Counted from the whole stretch's first letter, positions 19,992 through 30,276 are shown. The stretch is DNA of 61,153 nt, filler included, from 5 parts of 5 records of this genome joined end to end with filler, not necessarily neighbours in it; one strand, 5' to 3'. Notes: a model not told the origin generated them from the sequence alone. A program made the numbers and translations.

Positions 19992-21086
19992 ATGGAGGGA
20001 AAGATCGTGAAGAGAATATTGACGCTTTTTATGCTTTTATCTTTAATTGTACTTGGAGCAGAAGAGTTTAAAATAGAAGAAACCTTGAGGAAAAAGAAAC
20101 CGTTTGGAATCATAATAAAAAATCCAAAGGGGATAACTATTAAAGAGTTTAGGTATCAGGAATTTGATGAGGATAAAAATCCAACTAAAATGGATGTAAT
20201 AGTTAGAGGTAATAGAGCAAAAAAAGTTGGAGATATAACTTATGTTTACAATAAAGGTCAAAGACTTTTTTCAGTTGAAAAAGACCTTGAAGGAAAAGTT
20301 GTTGAGATCGCTTATTATTTTGAAAAAGATGGTGACTTAATAGAAGAAGTTAGAGATGGTAGCGGAAATTTTATAAAGTTCTTAAAACATGGCGAAAATA
20401 AACTAACAGATGTAACGAGTGACTTAATAGAAGAGAGATGGATAAATAAGATGGTTATTAATGAAGATCAACTTCTTCAAGTTATAAAACCTCTTGATAG
20501 TTTACAGCTGATTCTTGAAAGAGATCAAAGAATGGTTCTTAGTAATGCTCTAATCAATTTTAGTACAGCTAAAACAACTGTAAAAGATACTTTGATTGCA
20601 CAGTTAATAACAGATGCGGTTAGAGAGTATATTGATAGTGATGTAGTAATATATAATGGAGGTAACCTTGACGGTAAAATCAAGATAGGACCTGTTAGAT
20701 ATGAAAATTTAAAGAATATAATAAAGGATGAAAAACTCTATTTATTTAGAGTGTGGGGAGAAACACTTCAAGAGATATTCCAAAATGCTGCGGAGCTTCC
20801 AACTGCACATAGAGAGTTTCCTAATACGGCAGGTTTGACTTGGGATACTACAATGGATAAGGTTTATCTTGAAATTGCAGAAAATGGTATAGATAAGTTT
20901 AAAAAATATAGTGTGGTAGTTAATCAGTATATTAAAGAAGGAAATGGTATATATTATCCATTTAAAGATTTAAAAGCTTTTGAAGTAAGATATCCGACTT
21001 CGATAATAACGGCAGAATATCTTAGAAATATTGATATAATAGATAAATCCTACTTAGTAGAGGAAAGATATATTTCCAGAAAATAA
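19992..21086 (+). CDS. exported protein with C-terminal 5'-nucleotidase substrate-binding domain
   Basis: Signal peptide; IAQLITDAVR..DVVIYNGG..IKIGPV..YSVVVNQYI resembles 5_nucleotid_C; likely start GTG 20007. Confidence 0.6.
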   Translation: MEGKIVKRILTLFMLLSLIVLGAEEFKIEETLRKKKPFGIIIKNPKGITIKEFRYQEFDEDKNPTKMDVIVRGNRAKKVGDITYVYNKGQRLFSVEKDLEGKVVEIAYYFEKDGDLIEEVRDGSGNFIKFLKHGENKLTDVTSDLIEERWINKMVINEDQLLQVIKPLDSLQLILERDQRMVLSNALINFSTAKTTVKDTLIAQLITDAVREYIDSDVVIYNGGNLDGKIKIGPVRYENLKNIIKDEKLYLFRVWGETLQEIFQNAAELPTAHREFPNTAGLTWDTTMDKVYLEIAENGIDKFKKYSVVVNQYIKEGNGIYYPFKDLKAFEVRYPTSIITAEYLRNIDIIDKSYLVEERYISRK

Positions 21087-21375
21087 AATATTGAAATAAA
21101 AAAATCTGCAATTAATTTTAATTAGTTAATTACAGATTTTTTTTACTCTAGAAAAGTATTAAATTCCTAAATATACTATTGAAAAAACGAGTGTTATATT
21201 ATATTTTAGGAACTTTGAGCCTTTAATCACGATTAAGTTTAATTTTTCGTTCTCTTGAGTTGGGGTGGTTGATTTTCCTTGCTTGAAAAAATATAGTATT
21301 TATGATAGTATTTAGTGTAAAAAAATGGAAATAGATATAATAATATTAATTACAATTAGGAGGCATAAATAGATT

Positions 21376-21441
21376 ATGATAGGAATCGGAATTGTTGGAC
21401 TTCCAAATGTTGGAAAGTCGACACTTTTTAATGCAATAACA
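21376..21441 (+). CDS. ychF: Obg-family ATPase YchF, 5' end (contig edge)
   Basis: MIGIGIVGLPNVGKSTLFNAIT with RBS AGGAGG. Confidence 0.92.
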
Positions 21442-21541
21442 NNNNNNNNNNNNNNNNNNNNNNNNNNNNNNNNNNNNNNNNNNNNTTAATTAATTAANNN
21501 NNNNNNNNNNNNNNNNNNNNNNNNNNNNNNNNNNNNNNNNN
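21442..21541. other. artificial contig spacer
   Basis: N-run + TTAATTAATTAA + N-run. Confidence 0.99.
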
Positions 21542-21843
21542 AAAATTTTAGTTAGGTAGCTTACTATATGCTGCCTTATTATTTTTTTCAACCCTTATTT
21601 TCCAAGGCGGCAGCACGAGCGGTCATTTGGACACCGAAGGTATCTTAACGGGCTATATAGGTTTATATGGTCACACAGATTCCTTTCGAATCCAGGCTAC
21701 AATGCCTGGCAATTCAAGGGGCTGCAGCCCGGGAATTTCCCCAAGGATTGTCTGTATCCGGAAGGATAATGGGGGCCAGAAGGGGCTGTTTCTTTGATTT
21801 TCATACTTTTGGACGATTATCTGTCAAGCATGTTGGCAGACAA

Positions 21844-22905
21844 TCAAAAGTGTTGTCGTTTGAGCAAGTCTTTGCCCGCAAGCTCAACGATCCTGTTTAA
21901 CGTTTCGTGGAAACCCGTACTAATTTGTTTCTTGCCGTCAAAAACAGCATCAAAAACTTTCAGTCCGAACTCATCATCTTTTCCAACGGTTAATCTCACC
22001 GATCCCTTTGCAAAACAGCCGTTTTTCAGGACCACGTCTTCGTCTCCGTCCACGATTCCGATGACCGGAATCCCGAATCTTGACAGGATATCGGCCGCCA
22101 CAACGGTGGTATCATCCCCAACTGTGACCACCCCTTCGGCATGGTTCATCAAATCATAAACATGCATGCCGGCATGGTCCAAAAAAACCATCCCCTGTCC
22201 CTTGGTCTCAATGATCCGGGGGGGACGGTAGGTGCGCCGGATTGAGGGGGTAGAGGCCAGTTTGGCGACTGGCAGGTCAACCCCTCCCAACCGGTCGAGT
22301 TTCTCTATCCCATGCTCTTTTACAACGACGCCACCGATCTTACAGATATGACCGTTCTTGCAGGTAATCACTATATCTTCACCCGTTGCCCGGCCGACCA
22401 TAATGCCGTCCACAAGAACAAAATCCCCAGCCTCGGCAGTGGTCATGCGGCGGTGAATCTTTCCGCCCTCTTTCCAAACCGAGGGACTGATCTGTATTTT
22501 TTCTTTTTGGGACAGGCCCATTTGAGCCAGGGTATTGATGAGGGGGCCATGACAGCCTTTGATCCATTCCACCCAGAAAGGACCGCTGCATTCCACCTGT
22601 ATCACAGGAATATCTACCCCGGACCGCTGGACCACCACTCCCCCGAAAACCAGCCCCGCCTCAACGGATTTGCCAAAGTTGACGATCAGCACCGTTTCCG
22701 ACCGGAAGGAGAGTTCCTTAAGGCAGGCCCCGGGCATTTTATCCCAGAATTCAATGGTATTCAGGCCACTGTCCAATACCGCGGTTCGTCCCATGGTGCC
22801 GGCCAGGACACAGAGAACAGAATCAATGGATTCAACCGCGGTGATGACTTTTTGAGCCCATCCTGTATCAAATACTTCCGGGCCGTGGAAGAGCAGGCCG
22901 ATCAC
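21844..22905 (-). CDS. DUF2117-like protein (family known mainly from methanogenic archaea)
   Basis: IGLLFHGPEVFDTGWA, GTMGRTAVLDSGL, VKEHGIEKL, FLDHA, VTVGDDTT..DILSRFGIPVIGIVDGDED recognised from memory; GTG start at 22905 overlaps the upstream TGA. Confidence 0.75.
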   Translation of the reverse strand: MIGLLFHGPEVFDTGWAQKVITAVESIDSVLCVLAGTMGRTAVLDSGLNTIEFWDKMPGACLKELSFRSETVLIVNFGKSVEAGLVFGGVVVQRSGVDIPVIQVECSGPFWVEWIKGCHGPLINTLAQMGLSQKEKIQISPSVWKEGGKIHRRMTTAEAGDFVLVDGIMVGRATGEDIVITCKNGHICKIGGVVVKEHGIEKLDRLGGVDLPVAKLASTPSIRRTYRPPRIIETKGQGMVFLDHAGMHVYDLMNHAEGVVTVGDDTTVVAADILSRFGIPVIGIVDGDEDVVLKNGCFAKGSVRLTVGKDDEFGLKVFDAVFDGKKQISTGFHETLNRIVELAGKDLLKRQHF

Positions 22906-23468
22906 TGGTTCACCCCGAACAGCTTCTTGTAAAGGCTGATATGCTTCCGGCTCCATACCGCATCATGATCATGGCCCTGTTCTTCCCAGTGGCCTATGTT
23001 TTTCTCCCAATGCTCCACCGGAGCCCTGTAATCGCTCAGGTTTCTTCCGCAAAGAGCCATCAGTTCCGCTGCGTGTTCAAAGGCGTCTGCCGCCTGGAAA
23101 TGGGCACCTCTGTCCGCGCAAAAGACCCCAAGCCGTTCACAGACCAAGATCCCGGCATCCCAGTCTTTTTCCTTTTCAAATATCTGGGCCAGCCGGTATG
23201 CCGTGATAACGGCCAAATCCGTGTTTCCTGACCGCATGGCGGCGGAAAAACCGTTTTCCAAAGCCGCTGCTGCCTGCCCGGGTTCCTCCCGGGCCTCATA
23301 CAGACCTGCGGCATTCATGTATCCGTGAACGCCTAAGGTGTAACTGCCCTTCCGGGTTTTCAGGTCTGCGTATTCCTTCCATTTTTCCGGATCTAAGGTC
23401 TTTCTGGCCTCATGTTCCAGTTTCCGGCCAAGGTAATAGGTGTCGTTCCCGACAAGATCCCAGTCCAT
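22902..23468 (-). CDS. alpha-helical repeat (TPR/SNAP-like) hypothetical protein
   Basis: Repeated AAGLYE / AADAFEHAAE helices, C-terminal GHDHD; RBS AAGGAGA. Confidence 0.7.
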   Translation of the reverse strand: MDWDLVGNDTYYLGRKLEHEARKTLDPEKWKEYADLKTRKGSYTLGVHGYMNAAGLYEAREEPGQAAAALENGFSAAMRSGNTDLAVITAYRLAQIFEKEKDWDAGILVCERLGVFCADRGAHFQAADAFEHAAELMALCGRNLSDYRAPVEHWEKNIGHWEEQGHDHDAVWSRKHISLYKKLFGVNQ

Positions 23469-23560
23469 ATCCGTTCTCCTTTTCTGAAAGACTCCCGGCC
23501 AGGTGCCGGAATGTCATTTTTTTTTGTATGCAGATTCCGGATCAGTGTCCGGCCCTGCCC

Positions 23561-24517
23561 CTATACCCAACATGTAAACAATAGCCAGATCAATCCGGTC
23601 ATGATCACCATCCTCAATCCGGTGGAGACGATGAGAACCCGTAATCCCATGCCCGGACCGAAAATTCCGAAATAGTAAGGAACCAGGTAGCGCAGATTGA
23701 TCCCGCTGGCCAGCAGATTCCCCATCAGCAGGGAGAGGACCACCTCCCGGCCGGTAATCTGTCCTGCGAAAAGCAGGTTGCCGGCCACCGTGAATGCGCC
23801 CACATTGCTTCCCAGCCGCGTCACCACGATGGAAAGGGCACTTGGGGATATTGGTATAAACGTTGTCAGACCTGCCAGCCCAATGCGTAAACAATCAAAT
23901 GTCCCCGCGTGAATAAACAAAAACATCACCATTGTAACCGGGACAGTGGTCTTGATAACGCCCAGGATAATCTTCCTGCTCTTTTTCACACTCTCAATAA
24001 AAAGTGCCCATGACGGAGAAATCACGCCCTTGTCTGTGGGGAATGCTCCGGATGCGGCACAGTTTTTAGGGTCAAGGAAAATCCTGCCCAATAAAAGGGC
24101 CGTAACGGTTTTGATGAGCCCCACAAGCACGAGGAACCCATAGTAGGCAAGGGCGGATGAGCCGATGAGCGGGAGTGCTATGGGAAGCATGGTCCGCCAA
24201 TGCATCACAATCCCGGGAAAGGTATTGACAATGGCTGAAATCAGAACTTCCCTCTGGTCAATGCGGCCTGCTTTCTGGTGGTGGACCAGCATGGCATTGC
24301 CCGCGGCAGGGGACAAGAAAGCGGTTAAAAAGCTGGCACCGCATTCCGGTTTCAGATTCCCCAGAAAGGTCAGCGGACGGGTCACCCAGGAGATCCTGTT
24401 CACCCAGCCCAGGCTGACAATGAACTCTGCCGCCACAACCCCGGCTGTGAAAACAGGAATCATGGCCCCAAGAAATTTCAGCGTCGAAATCATCGCCGAT
24501 CCGAGAATGACGGACAT
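23561..24517 (-). CDS. nucleoside-recognition (Gate) domain membrane protein
   Basis: Hydrophobic two-lobed protein; SFLTAFLSPAAGNAML, REVLIS / REVVLSLL repeated halves. Confidence 0.75.
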   Translation of the reverse strand: MSVILGSAMISTLKFLGAMIPVFTAGVVAAEFIVSLGWVNRISWVTRPLTFLGNLKPECGASFLTAFLSPAAGNAMLVHHQKAGRIDQREVLISAIVNTFPGIVMHWRTMLPIALPLIGSSALAYYGFLVLVGLIKTVTALLLGRIFLDPKNCAASGAFPTDKGVISPSWALFIESVKKSRKIILGVIKTTVPVTMVMFLFIHAGTFDCLRIGLAGLTTFIPISPSALSIVVTRLGSNVGAFTVAGNLLFAGQITGREVVLSLLMGNLLASGINLRYLVPYYFGIFGPGMGLRVLIVSTGLRMVIMTGLIWLLFTCWV

Positions 24518-24519
24518 GA

Positions 24520-25287
24520 TTACCCCGCTGTCCCGGTGGGCAGGATATAGGGGTATCCGTTATTTTCACGGATGGTTGCCTTCACACCGTAGACAGAGCG
24601 TATGTTATCGGCTTTCATGACCTGCCGGGGAGTACCACAGCAACAGATCTGTCCCTCCTTAAGCATGATCACCCTGTGGGAAAACCGGGATGCCAGGTTT
24701 AAATCATGCATGGCCATCATGGCGGCAACACGGTTTTCTTTCACCAGGCTGGAAAGCATTTCCAGGACCTCCAGCTGATGTTTTAAATCAAGGTTGCTGG
24801 TGGGTTCGTCCAGAAGCAGATACTCCGTATCCTGGGCAACGGCCCTGGCCAGCAGAACCTTTTGCTTCTGCCCGCCGCTCAATTGGTCGAAATTCCGCAG
24901 GGCAATATCCGTTAAATCCATGGTGTCTATGACATGGGCGGTTTTCTCAAAATCGGTTTTTGCAGGTTTCCAGGTAATATAGGGCCTCCGGCCCATCAGC
25001 ACCGCGTCAAATACCGTGATGGGGAATTTGGACGGGATACTCTGGGGCACGTACCCCACACATCTTGCATGGTCTTTGCGGTCCATGGCCGATGCATCCC
25101 GGCCGTTTATCATAATGGATCCCCGGTCCGGTCTGTGGATGCCCGTGATGCATTTGAGCAGGGATGTCTTTCCGGTTCCGTTGGGCCCCACAATACTCAG
25201 GATTTCTCCCTGGTGAAGTTCCAGTGTGATATCTTTGAGGATGGATCTTTTTTTGTATCCGAAGAACAAGCCGTCAACACTCAGCAT
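24520..25287 (-). CDS. iron-complex/cobalamin ABC ATP-binding protein (FecE/BtuD-like)
   Basis: GPNGTGKT, LSGGQKQK, LLDEPTSNLD, MHDLNLA. Confidence 0.92.
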   Translation of the reverse strand: MLSVDGLFFGYKKRSILKDITLELHQGEILSIVGPNGTGKTSLLKCITGIHRPDRGSIMINGRDASAMDRKDHARCVGYVPQSIPSKFPITVFDAVLMGRRPYITWKPAKTDFEKTAHVIDTMDLTDIALRNFDQLSGGQKQKVLLARAVAQDTEYLLLDEPTSNLDLKHQLEVLEMLSSLVKENRVAAMMAMHDLNLASRFSHRVIMLKEGQICCCGTPRQVMKADNIRSVYGVKATIRENNGYPYILPTGTAG

Positions 25288-26321
25288 TACCAGTACACTC
25301 TCTTTTTTTTCATTAACAGGTAAAAGAAAAAAGGCACCCCGATAAAAGAAGTGACTATGCCTAAAGGGATGACCTGGGGTGCCCAGCAGGTTCTTCCCAG
25401 GGTGTCTGCGGCCAGAACGAGAATGGCACCGATCAGGGCGGAGGAGGGAAGATGGAACCAGTGATCGTTTCCCACGATCATCCGGGCAATGTGCGGCGCC
25501 ACAAGGCCGATAAACCCGATTACCCCGGTAAAACAGATACTTGCCGCCGTAACCATGGAGGCAAAAATCACCCCGCCGGTTCTGATTCCGGTAACGTTCA
25601 CTCCCAGGGCCTTTGCCGACTCATCCCCGGCCGCCAGAAGATTAAAATCAAAGGACCATTTTAAGAGAAGGGGAACCGGAAGAAGGATCATCACGGCGGC
25701 CAGGATGATTTCCTGCCACCCCACCTTGGAGAGGCTCCCGAAAAACCAGAATACGATCTCGTGAACCTGTTCCACCGTTCCCATATACTGCAGAAAAGAG
25801 GAGAGGGAAGAAAAAAGGAACATGATGGCGATTCCCGCCAGTATCATTACCTCCGGCGTGGTGCTTTTAATCCTGGCAATTCCCAGAATAAGAAAAGAGG
25901 CCAGAAGCGAAAAAAAGAATGCACTGCCGGCAACCAGATACCGGCAGTAAAAGGCACCCCCGAAAATGATGGCCGCCACAGCACCGAACCCGGCGCTGGA
26001 GGCAATACCCAGAGTATACGGTGAGGCCAAGGGATTTTTGAGTATGGCCTGGAAGACACTCCCGGACAGGCCGAGACCTGATCCCACCAAAACGGCCATG
26101 ACAATACGCGGTAGCCTGAGCTGCCAGACAATGGCACTGGATAGTCCGGCCCGGGTAAAAACCGCCTTTAAAGAATCTGAAAATCCAACGGAGGAAGCCC
26201 CCAGTGAAAGGGCCGTCAAGGCCATCAACATCAAAACCATGACAAGGAAGATGATAAATAGACCTTTTTTTGTGCTGAGCCTTTTGTGCTTTTCTTGTAT
26301 ATTCTGCATTTCAAATATCAA
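25287..26321 (-). CDS. FecCD/BtuC-family ABC permease
   Basis: LRLPRI, NPLASPYTLGI, GDESAKALGV, GVIGFIGLVAPHIAR. Confidence 0.93.
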   Translation of the reverse strand: MIFEMQNIQEKHKRLSTKKGLFIIFLVMVLMLMALTALSLGASSVGFSDSLKAVFTRAGLSSAIVWQLRLPRIVMAVLVGSGLGLSGSVFQAILKNPLASPYTLGIASSAGFGAVAAIIFGGAFYCRYLVAGSAFFFSLLASFLILGIARIKSTTPEVMILAGIAIMFLFSSLSSFLQYMGTVEQVHEIVFWFFGSLSKVGWQEIILAAVMILLPVPLLLKWSFDFNLLAAGDESAKALGVNVTGIRTGGVIFASMVTAASICFTGVIGFIGLVAPHIARMIVGNDHWFHLPSSALIGAILVLAADTLGRTCWAPQVIPLGIVTSFIGVPFFFYLLMKKKRVYW

Positions 26322-26327
26322 AATTCC

Positions 26328-27374
26328 TTACTTATCCGGGTATATATATACGCCCTGATAGGGAACACCCTGAAATTCCTCAAGGTATTGTCTGTGAAGG
26401 GCTTTCGGGGGAAGCGTTACCGCTGCATCTGGAAAAAACCATTGGACCATGTAATACATCCCTATAACGGCCCTGGGGCCGGTCCAGATATCATTTGCAA
26501 TCACATGGACCCTGCCTTTTTTCACCGCATTGGTATGGGCCCAGGCCGGCCGGGTAATGACACGGTTTCTTATCTTTTCAAGGTTCCTGGCATCGGTCAT
26601 GTTATAACATGACCCGCAGGCACTTCTTGTTGTCACTTTTACAATCACATCAGGATTGCAGGTTAAAATCCACTCCGAGGTGACTTCGGGGTAGGGTATG
26701 GACAATGTAGCGGCAATATTGCTACCGCCGGCCAAAACACACATATCATTCCCCCCGGATCCGGGACCTGCTGTATGGTAATTGGAATCCCCTTCGATAT
26801 ATACCTTTGGGCGAACCCGTCCGGTCAGTATATCCCGCACATGGGTCAAATGGTCACGGTACCATTCGGCGAGTTCGGCGGCCTCTTTTTCTTTTCCCAG
26901 AATCCGACCCAGGAATTTTACCTCTTTTTCAAGGATACCCGGTTTAAAAAAATCAAGACGTATGACCTGGATACCAAAGGGCAGAAGCTTTCTTTCCATA
27001 TCCCGTCCGGGACGCGCTCTATAACAGAGCACGGCATCAGGCTTGAGCTCAACAAGCCGTTCATAATTGACCTCTTTCCAGGTTCCGACCTTGGGCCTGT
27101 CTCTTAATCCGGGCCAAAACCTGGCATTTTTTGTAATATCGGAGTACACCCCGACCACCAGTTGAGAAGCACCCAGGGACCGGATGACTTCCAGGGCGTC
27201 CGAGGTTAAGACCACCAGTTTTTTGACCGGCAGTCTCACCTCACCCTCTACCCCGGCGGCATCTTCCATGGAAACAATTCTTTCTGCCGGAAAAGAGCCG
27301 GCAAAAACGTCCCCGGCAATCGGCCGGCAGAAAAAAAAGACAATCATGGACAGGATGAGAATTCGTTTTTTCAT
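26328..27374 (-). CDS. class III (FecB/BtuF-like) substrate-binding protein
   Basis: Signal peptide, NYERLVELKPD, LAGGSNIA, EWILTCNPDVI, NAVKKGRVH. Confidence 0.9.
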   Translation of the reverse strand: MKKRILILSMIVFFFCRPIAGDVFAGSFPAERIVSMEDAAGVEGEVRLPVKKLVVLTSDALEVIRSLGASQLVVGVYSDITKNARFWPGLRDRPKVGTWKEVNYERLVELKPDAVLCYRARPGRDMERKLLPFGIQVIRLDFFKPGILEKEVKFLGRILGKEKEAAELAEWYRDHLTHVRDILTGRVRPKVYIEGDSNYHTAGPGSGGNDMCVLAGGSNIAATLSIPYPEVTSEWILTCNPDVIVKVTTRSACGSCYNMTDARNLEKIRNRVITRPAWAHTNAVKKGRVHVIANDIWTGPRAVIGMYYMVQWFFPDAAVTLPPKALHRQYLEEFQGVPYQGVYIYPDK

Positions 27375-27392
27375 TAAAGGTCAGTTGTCCGT

Positions 27393-29537
27393 TTAAAATT
27401 CATATGAGACCCCGGCTTCTATATAACGACCGTTAAGTGGATAATACAAATGGGCCGGAGTGCCGTCAGAATTCCTTTTACCGGTTTCATTAAAGATATT
27501 TTCTTTTTCACGATTAAAAAGATTATTGCACAAAAACCATACCTTAAAATTCTTACCGGTATAGGTCAATCTGGCATCTGTGGTGATATAATCCTTCATC
27601 TCATACCGGTTCAGGACATCTATATATTGGCTGCTGTAATAGTTCAGGTCGGTGCTGAACTTCCAATTATCCAAGAAATAAAAATCCAACCCGAAAGTAG
27701 ATGTAAATTCAGGCACATGAGGGACTTTCTGTCCGGAAATATCAACATTCTGCCGGGTATCGCCGGCAGGGGTCTCTCCCCAGACATATGCCCTGAAGGT
27801 TCCGCTGTCCCACTCGGCATCCTGGTATGCGCCCATAAGGCGATACCCCAAAAATGGGCAGATGTGGCCCGAGGCTTCAAGTTCAAGGCCCTGATGCTCA
27901 GACTCTCCGACATTCTGGTATCCCTTCCAGGTGGAGTTATCGTATAGCGACAAAAATTTATCTTTTATTTTCATGTAATATGCCGTAAATGCCAGACTGA
28001 GCCTTGGATTGACGTATTGCTTATAACCCAATTCCAGGGTCTGGTATTCTTCAGGCTTCAAATCCTCGGCCCTGTTATCGTTATCCCCGTATTCCATTGC
28101 GTATTTGTAATACTGCAGTACCGGATACCAGAAGGACTGTGAAAGAGAGGCATAAAGGGTGGCATCCGGGAGGGGATGAAGGGCCGGTGTAATATCCCAG
28201 GAAAAATCCGTATGCCTGTTGGAAACCTGTTTCGGCACCTTGCTTTTAACCTCATAATTTACCTGATCAAGGCGGCCGCTGAAATTAAGTTCCCACTGCT
28301 CGTTGAAGTCCAGTTCATTGCTCAGAAAAACACCGTACCGCTCTCTTTCTGTATCCAAAGATCCTTTGGCAACAGCGGTTTGCTGCGAAGAGGAAAGGGG
28401 TGTCGGAGACCAGGGGTATGCCTTGGTTTGATCATATTTAATATTTTCATAATCCACACCAAGTGCGGGCGTAAATTTAATGCTATCAAATTCAAAGTGC
28501 CAGCCGCCTGAAACTTTTGTCAGATACCGGTCCTGCTCACTGTCTTCCTGGTAGTCATAATAGGAGCTGGTTTTACTATAGGCGGGATTGAGTCTTTTGG
28601 GCAGATATCTGTACACATGGTCTGTTGTATCATAAGAGACCAGTCCGCTGACAAAGGATTGGTCTCCTTTTGTATTAAATTCAAGGCTCATGGCAGTATT
28701 TTCATCCTCATTCTCCCGGTTGTGCACCAGGGTGGAATCTGTTGCCGATGTGGGAAAGATCCTGTCCCGCCGGTGGTTGGTCACCTGCCATTCCGACTTT
28801 CCATAGATGGTATCGTAATCCACCTTCTGCCAGCTCAGATTGACCCCTAGACGGGTGTCCTCTGAAAAGTTATGTCCAACACTCAAACGGGCCGTCCCCC
28901 TTTGCTTGTTGTCGTCCTCATACCCCTCCGTATCAAGAGCGGACCCCCCAAAAGCATAATCCCAGTCACCTGTCCGGCCATTGATATTGGCCGAGGCCTT
29001 GCGGGTATCCCAAGACCCGTAAGATACACTGGTCTTGACGGCCGGAGCTCCCTTTTTCCCCTTTTTGGTGATAATGTTGATGACCCCCCTGGATGCATCC
29101 GGCCCGAATGCGATACTTCCTGAGGATCGAAGTACTTCAATGCGGTCAATATCGCAAACCGAGATGGCATCATATTCTGTATAGCCTGAAATACCGCCAT
29201 TGGCAGGGACCCCGTTTATCAATACCATAACCCCGGCTGACTGGGGGCTGCGATTTCCCCTGAATGTCAAACGATCCCGGCTGTCACTGTCTTTAACCAC
29301 TCCTGGAATATTCTGAACAATGTCGACGATGTTTGTCGCTCCCATTTCCTCGATTTCCTCAGCTGTAATCATAGTGAGGCTTGCGGGTGTTTCCACCAGT
29401 GTTCTATCGGTTCGAGGTGCACTGACGATAATTTCCTGAAGACCAATTGTCTCATCGCCCCCTTTTGTCCATGCTGAATGGGGTAAAACAATTCCTACAA
29501 CCACAACCGCAAGAAGAGCCAGCCTTAACCTTCTCAT
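27393..29537 (-). CDS. TonB-dependent outer-membrane receptor
   Basis: Signal peptide, TonB box EIIVSA, plug IDRIEVLRS..GVINIITKKG, C-terminal GVSYEF; ATG 29537 with RBS AAGGGAGG. Confidence 0.93.
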   Translation of the reverse strand: MRRLRLALLAVVVVGIVLPHSAWTKGGDETIGLQEIIVSAPRTDRTLVETPASLTMITAEEIEEMGATNIVDIVQNIPGVVKDSDSRDRLTFRGNRSPQSAGVMVLINGVPANGGISGYTEYDAISVCDIDRIEVLRSSGSIAFGPDASRGVINIITKKGKKGAPAVKTSVSYGSWDTRKASANINGRTGDWDYAFGGSALDTEGYEDDNKQRGTARLSVGHNFSEDTRLGVNLSWQKVDYDTIYGKSEWQVTNHRRDRIFPTSATDSTLVHNRENEDENTAMSLEFNTKGDQSFVSGLVSYDTTDHVYRYLPKRLNPAYSKTSSYYDYQEDSEQDRYLTKVSGGWHFEFDSIKFTPALGVDYENIKYDQTKAYPWSPTPLSSSQQTAVAKGSLDTERERYGVFLSNELDFNEQWELNFSGRLDQVNYEVKSKVPKQVSNRHTDFSWDITPALHPLPDATLYASLSQSFWYPVLQYYKYAMEYGDNDNRAEDLKPEEYQTLELGYKQYVNPRLSLAFTAYYMKIKDKFLSLYDNSTWKGYQNVGESEHQGLELEASGHICPFLGYRLMGAYQDAEWDSGTFRAYVWGETPAGDTRQNVDISGQKVPHVPEFTSTFGLDFYFLDNWKFSTDLNYYSSQYIDVLNRYEMKDYITTDARLTYTGKNFKVWFLCNNLFNREKENIFNETGKRNSDGTPAHLYYPLNGRYIEAGVSYEF

Positions 29538-29665
29538 TCGACCTCCCTTTTCCAAATTCCGCTGTATACTTAAAATCATTCCGGTACTGACAATTCACAT
29601 TTCAAACCCGCTCAAGAACATTTTTTATGTCGAATGGTTAGAAGAATTGATCTCTATCCTGATCT

Positions 29666-29820
29666 AAAAACAAAAAAAGCCAAGAACGCAGAACCGGACT
29701 CATGTCCAATCGGGCCTTCTTGGCTTAATTGCAAATAACCGTCATGGGCTGACTGGGTGTTTCATCCCAACCCGCCATAACAAATTAAAAAAAGAGTCTG
29801 CTGATTTTACTGCAGATTCT
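29666..29820 (-). promoter_or_regulatory. structured 5' leader with terminator-like hairpins
   Basis: Minus strand: AGAATCTGC..GCAGACTCT+T-run; GC-rich stem 29744-29778; AAGCCAAGAA..TTCTTGGCTT+T-run. Confidence 0.55.
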
Positions 29821-30276
29821 TATAATATTCAAATCAGTTGATCTTATAAAATGTGCAAATTCCTTTTGCACGCTGGATTGTGTTTAAACGCATTCTTGAT
29901 TTTTGTCAACATATAACCCTCGTACACCTTTTGCTTTTTATGTGTTTTCTTCGACTTTTTGTATAGCTCAATATAAATGAATTCTCGCTTAATACCTGCC
30001 TAAGATTTTGAACCTTATAGTCAAAATTATGGGGGATTATCTTGATTGCTACCAAAAACTACAAGAGGAAAAAAATTATTGACCAAGCTAATTTTTGAGA
30101 TTTCTCCGCCCTTTGACTTTATCTGTTTAAGCGTAAATTTTTAATCAGAGATCAACCGCCATATCCCGTGGCAGCCGCTTTCCGTTGAAAAGGAAGGAGT
30201 ATATACTCTATCCCGGGTTTCCATGATACCAATAGAGTGACAGAAACAAGATAAGAATAGGAATTGTTTAATGGGC

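Noticed and set aside
30090-30220. Possible IS5-like transposase N-terminal remnant (KRKFL..EINRHIPWQPL)
   Set aside because: Too short and broken to support without a search
29580-30276. Cobalamin riboswitch upstream of the TonB receptor
   Set aside because: No convincing B12-box or GCCACTG/AGCCAGAAGACC elements by eye; an Infernal scan would be needed
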